The notes under the pieces: generated by a model | What the model was told of the DNA's origin: nothing | Database searches by the model: none | What the model saw: the letters and a program-made list of their open reading frames with translations, nothing else | Shown here: in pieces, positions 17,197 to 20,000 of the stretch | Layout of the letters: each line of letters begins with the position of its first letter | Numbering within the stretch: position 1 is the first letter of the stretch | Source of the DNA: an uncultured virus (IMG/VR IMGVR_UViG_3300001450_000027) | Taxonomy: Duplodnaviria; Heunggongvirae; Uroviricota; Caudoviricetes | Strand: one strand, 5' to 3' | Virus record (IMG/VR): IMGVR_UViG_3300001450_000027 | Span: 52,820 to 72,819 of that record | Length of the DNA: 20,000 nucleotides | Translations under genes and position numbers: made by a program

Positions 17197-18712
17197 CGTT
17201 TTCTACCTTGAATTTAAATAAATATGGTTGCTCTCGATATACACCAACAGCATCATCATAGAAAGAATACTTGAATGCGTAAGTGTATCCAGATTCAAGC
17301 AAACTCATATCAAAATCAAAATAATTTCCCGACACATCATAAGATAGCATACTATAATTGTCAGATCCTGTTCCGTATGGAATAACAACTTTTTGGTCTA
17401 CAGTTCTCATAATTTGGAATGAGGCACTTTCAATAATCTTGCTATCGATAGTAGAGACCGCCTTAGTATAAACATTAGGAGACCAACCTTTATCTCTCAC
17501 AAAGAGTCTAAATCTTTCCGTTTCTTTATTTGAATATTTTTTTAGTAGCTTTGGCATTGTTAGTACATGAGTATTAGATACATCATAGTTTTCCATGCCA
17601 AAATCAGTTGGAGTAAATGCCGAGCCTGTCTGTATTTGGGAACCACTGTACGTCCAAACATCTACCAAGTAAGGATACGTTGCAGTGACAACACTACTGG
17701 TCACTGAAAACTGCGCTTTATAAACACCCTCTGAGACTCTTGATGAGCTTAAAAAATTTGCTGCTGCATTTGAAGAATCTCTAAGATATTGGGCTGAGCC
17801 TTCTGGTGCTGACCCAGAAGCGTAATGCAAATTTAAAACTGGAAGCTGGGTTGTCGCACCTGCGATGTCTCTCAACCTACCCCTAACATAATTATATAAG
17901 AAAAGAGTATTTAAATTCTCTGAAGCTGGGGCAATCGAGCTACTAAAATAAAATGTACCTCTATTGTCTCTCCTTGAGGAGTCCCATCGAGCTTCAATAG
18001 ATGGTTTTTCGAAAAAGAATTCTGTACCTCTGCCAAAGAACTTCTTTGTATAATACGATTTTGTAGCGCCACCACCAGCAGGGCTCAGAGAACTAGTAGC
18101 CTCTTGTGACCCTGATAACCTAACGAGCACACCATAGTTAGTCTTGCTACCCAGCACGTTACCACCGCTATTCAACCATTGCTCGACCAATGTGGTTACA
18201 TCTATTTCTAAATTTTCATCGCCAATTTCAAAATACTGCTTAAAGGAAGAACTTGTATCTGTGTGGTAATCTCCACCTGCTGTGGTCCACGAAGTCGAGC
18301 TTGCTCTCTTAATCCAATTAGAGCCTGTGAAATCGTAAGTTAGATCTGTATAGTTATCCATGTCAAGACCGTTGCCCTCTTCCCAATTGGCAGAAATAGA
18401 ATTGACCTCAAGATGATAATTCCTTGGCAAAGTCAGAGAGTGTTCTGCATTATAGAGTTTTAAATAAAAACTAACACTTCCAGATGCTGGTGTCGTACCC
18501 GCTGTTCTATCGGATGTGATAGAAGATATATCAAATTGTATTAAGGATCTTGCTAATTCTGATGATCCTGTGCTCTGTTGAGCATATATAGAAAACACTT
18601 CGAGAATGTCGGACTGGCCCATGTTGGACCCCGTGCCTCTTGTCGAAAGATTCTCCTCAAATGCGTTTGTTATGGTGTTGTCTGCGATTGCAAAGTATTT
18701 TTTTATTGACAT
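17186..18712 (-). CDS. DNRLRE/CBM96-like domain baseplate-associated protein with C-terminal Ig-like beta region, 508 aa
   Basis: The N-terminal ~245 aa follow the DNRLRE-like pattern: ADNTI...NMGQSDILEV...RSLIQFDISSI...YLKLY...ISANWEEG...NW...WTTAGGDY...IDVTTLVEQWL...NYGVLVR...KPSIEARW. TAATG overlap at the start and an 11-nt overlap (ATGAGTATTAG) at the stop. Confidence 0.7.
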   Translation of the reverse strand: MSIKKYFAIADNTITNAFEENLSTRGTGSNMGQSDILEVFSIYAQQSTGSSELARSLIQFDISSITSDRTAGTTPASGSVSFYLKLYNAEHSLTLPRNYHLEVNSISANWEEGNGLDMDNYTDLTYDFTGSNWIKRASSTSWTTAGGDYHTDTSSSFKQYFEIGDENLEIDVTTLVEQWLNSGGNVLGSKTNYGVLVRLSGSQEATSSLSPAGGGATKSYYTKKFFGRGTEFFFEKPSIEARWDSSRRDNRGTFYFSSSIAPASENLNTLFLYNYVRGRLRDIAGATTQLPVLNLHYASGSAPEGSAQYLRDSSNAAANFLSSSRVSEGVYKAQFSVTSSVVTATYPYLVDVWTYSGSQIQTGSAFTPTDFGMENYDVSNTHVLTMPKLLKKYSNKETERFRLFVRDKGWSPNVYTKAVSTIDSKIIESASFQIMRTVDQKVVIPYGTGSDNYSMLSYDVSGNYFDFDMSLLESGYTYAFKYSFYDDAVGVYREQPYLFKFKVENDEY

Positions 18713-20000
18713 TATTTTACTGTACCTTTTATGTCTAGAGATGGATATTTTAATTCAAGAACCACGTTTCTAGGAACTTTATAATATGTTCCATCTTTAG
18801 ATAGAATTTTTTTGAAATTTAAACTGGCGCCTGAATACAATCCGCCAACGGCCTCATCAATTGAGACATTTTTTATGTCTACGACGCCTTCTACTCTATT
18901 CAAGACCTCGTATAATCTAGTCAAATATAGTGGCTCACCGATATAAAGAATGTCTTCAAAGTATACTCTAAGGGCCTCTGCACATGCAAATAGTACCTCT
19001 TTATTGTCATATCTTTTATCAGAAATAGCTAAAAAATTAATTTTAAAATTAATCACTATAGCATCGTAAATGTCGATAACATCGTTTAACGACTTGTAAG
19101 ATACAAGCCAATTTTTAATATTGTTTTTGGTCACCTGACCCGGAGATTCTAAATTGCCGCTATCGTCTTCTGATATCACATATAAGGAAATCCGCCTATT
19201 CGTTGAAGAAGGGTCATTAACTATATTCGCCCTCTTTACTGCTCCAAATTTTGGAGGCATATTGTACACTAAAGACTCATAGTCTTGCTTTGTTACCGCT
19301 CTACTTTGTGCTGCGAAGGATGCCTTTGCTCTTTGTTTAATTTCTTGAACGGTTACGGAGCTATCGATAACAGACGTAATGGGAAGCGGATTTGTACATT
19401 CTAGAGAGTTTTTTACTCCGGAAACAAGACTGGTATCCAAACTAGTTAAGTTGTTAAAATTATAAATTGCTCGCGAAACAACACTGACGCTATTCGCTCC
19501 TGCATTTATCGATCCAATGTTATTCAACTTGTATATGATCGTGAGGACTGTGTTGTAAGGAGAGACACCAAGTTTATCATTTTTTAATAATTTACTAGGG
19601 TCAAAAGAAGATAGAGTTATATTATTTTTGCCGTGCATCTTTAAAGCAATTTTTGATGGGTCGACTAAAGCAGTTGGGTCTTCTTCCCCTGAACCAAATC
19701 CAAATTGTAGATATGTTCCAGTATCGTCCCTCTCCACAGTAAATCTTCTAGTGGCCACAAAAGGTTTGATTATAGATCTGACACCATCAGTGAGGGCGTC
19801 CGGGTTTGTGGTTTCGACTAATATGGTTTCTTGAGCAAGGTTATCAACTTCATAGTATTTATTTCCTTCGGAATCTACAACACTTGTTATATCCGTAACT
19901 TCTCCTGCACCAACTCTGACTTTTCTGAATCTCTCGAAGGCTTCGTCTGTCAGGTCTGCTTCAGCAGACATCAGCATACCAGATTGAACTTGACCTGTAG
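18712..20000 (-). CDS. Baseplate wedge protein, T4 gp6 / P2 gpJ-like (5'-partial)
   Basis: The frame stays open past the ORF-track Met to the window edge (...TGQVQSGMLMS). Family-like motifs: VDSEGNKYYEVDNL, TYLQFGFG, EIKQRAKASFAAQSRAVTKQDYESLV, IGEPLYLTRLYEVLNRVEGVVDI, ELKYPSLDIKGTVK. Confidence 0.85.
   Translation of the reverse strand, partial: TGQVQSGMLMSAEADLTDEAFERFRKVRVGAGEVTDITSVVDSEGNKYYEVDNLAQETILVETTNPDALTDGVRSIIKPFVATRRFTVERDDTGTYLQFGFGSGEEDPTALVDPSKIALKMHGKNNITLSSFDPSKLLKNDKLGVSPYNTVLTIIYKLNNIGSINAGANSVSVVSRAIYNFNNLTSLDTSLVSGVKNSLECTNPLPITSVIDSSVTVQEIKQRAKASFAAQSRAVTKQDYESLVYNMPPKFGAVKRANIVNDPSSTNRRISLYVISEDDSGNLESPGQVTKNNIKNWLVSYKSLNDVIDIYDAIVINFKINFLAISDKRYDNKEVLFACAEALRVYFEDILYIGEPLYLTRLYEVLNRVEGVVDIKNVSIDEAVGGLYSGASLNFKKILSKDGTYYKVPRNVVLELKYPSLDIKGTVK

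Larger units (their letters stand above)
1..20000 (-). mobile_element. Large myovirus-type bacteriophage genome segment: baseplate/tail-tip structural operon
   Basis: Seven co-oriented, tightly packed genes, including a gp6/gpJ-like wedge, a gp7/gpI-like wedge motif, a DUF3751-like N-terminus, and LamG, DNRLRE and FN3-like adhesion domains. No cellular housekeeping genes. Free phage versus prophage or eCIS cannot be decided from this window; the very large gene sizes favour a large phage. Confidence 0.85.

Noticed and set aside
1884..18714. Alternative genetic code (TAG or TGA recoding, as seen in some large phages)
   Set aside because: Code 11 already gives essentially complete coding density. 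TAA, TAG (17186) and TGA (5973, 5005) all end genes exactly at the next start.
1540..19834. All plus-strand ORFs in the track (e.g. 1540-1836, 2389-2895, 6673-7125, 13928-14476) and short alternative-frame minus-strand ORFs (e.g. 9479-9880)
   Set aside because: They lie entirely within long minus-strand genes, have non-protein-like composition and show no recognisable motifs. They are best explained as antisense or frame shadows.
19975..19977. ATG at 19977 as the true start of the gp6-like gene
   Set aside because: The frame is open to the window edge and the N-terminal part of the family is missing, so the gene is truncated by the window.

Overview
The whole 20 kb window is one gap-free, minus-strand structural operon, most likely the baseplate/tail-tip module of a large contractile-tailed (myovirus-type, possibly jumbo) bacteriophage. 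In transcription order (right to left) there are seven genes: (1) a 5'-truncated T4 gp6/P2 gpJ-like baseplate wedge protein; (2) a 508-aa DNRLRE/CBM96-like protein; (3) a 2422-aa protein combining a gp7/P2 gpI-like wedge motif with four LamG/ConA-like domains; (4) a ~1317-aa unknown structural protein; (5) a 323-aa protein with a DUF3751-like fibre-attachment N-terminus; (6) a 1042-aa unknown protein with a His cluster, a basic patch and a Thr-rich tail; (7) a >628-aa FN3-like protein running off the left edge, which the ORF track missed. Five of the six junctions overlap and the sixth has a 1-nt gap. Shine-Dalgarno-like motifs sit inside the upstream genes' last codons. The most striking unexplained signal is a recurrent [S/T]-[G/A/S]-S tripeptide concentrated in three adjacent proteins, which may be a virion glycosylation sequon. 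One LamG module uses [S/T]-[G/A/S]-N instead, suggesting it came from another donor. All family calls come from recognising motifs by eye; no database search was run.
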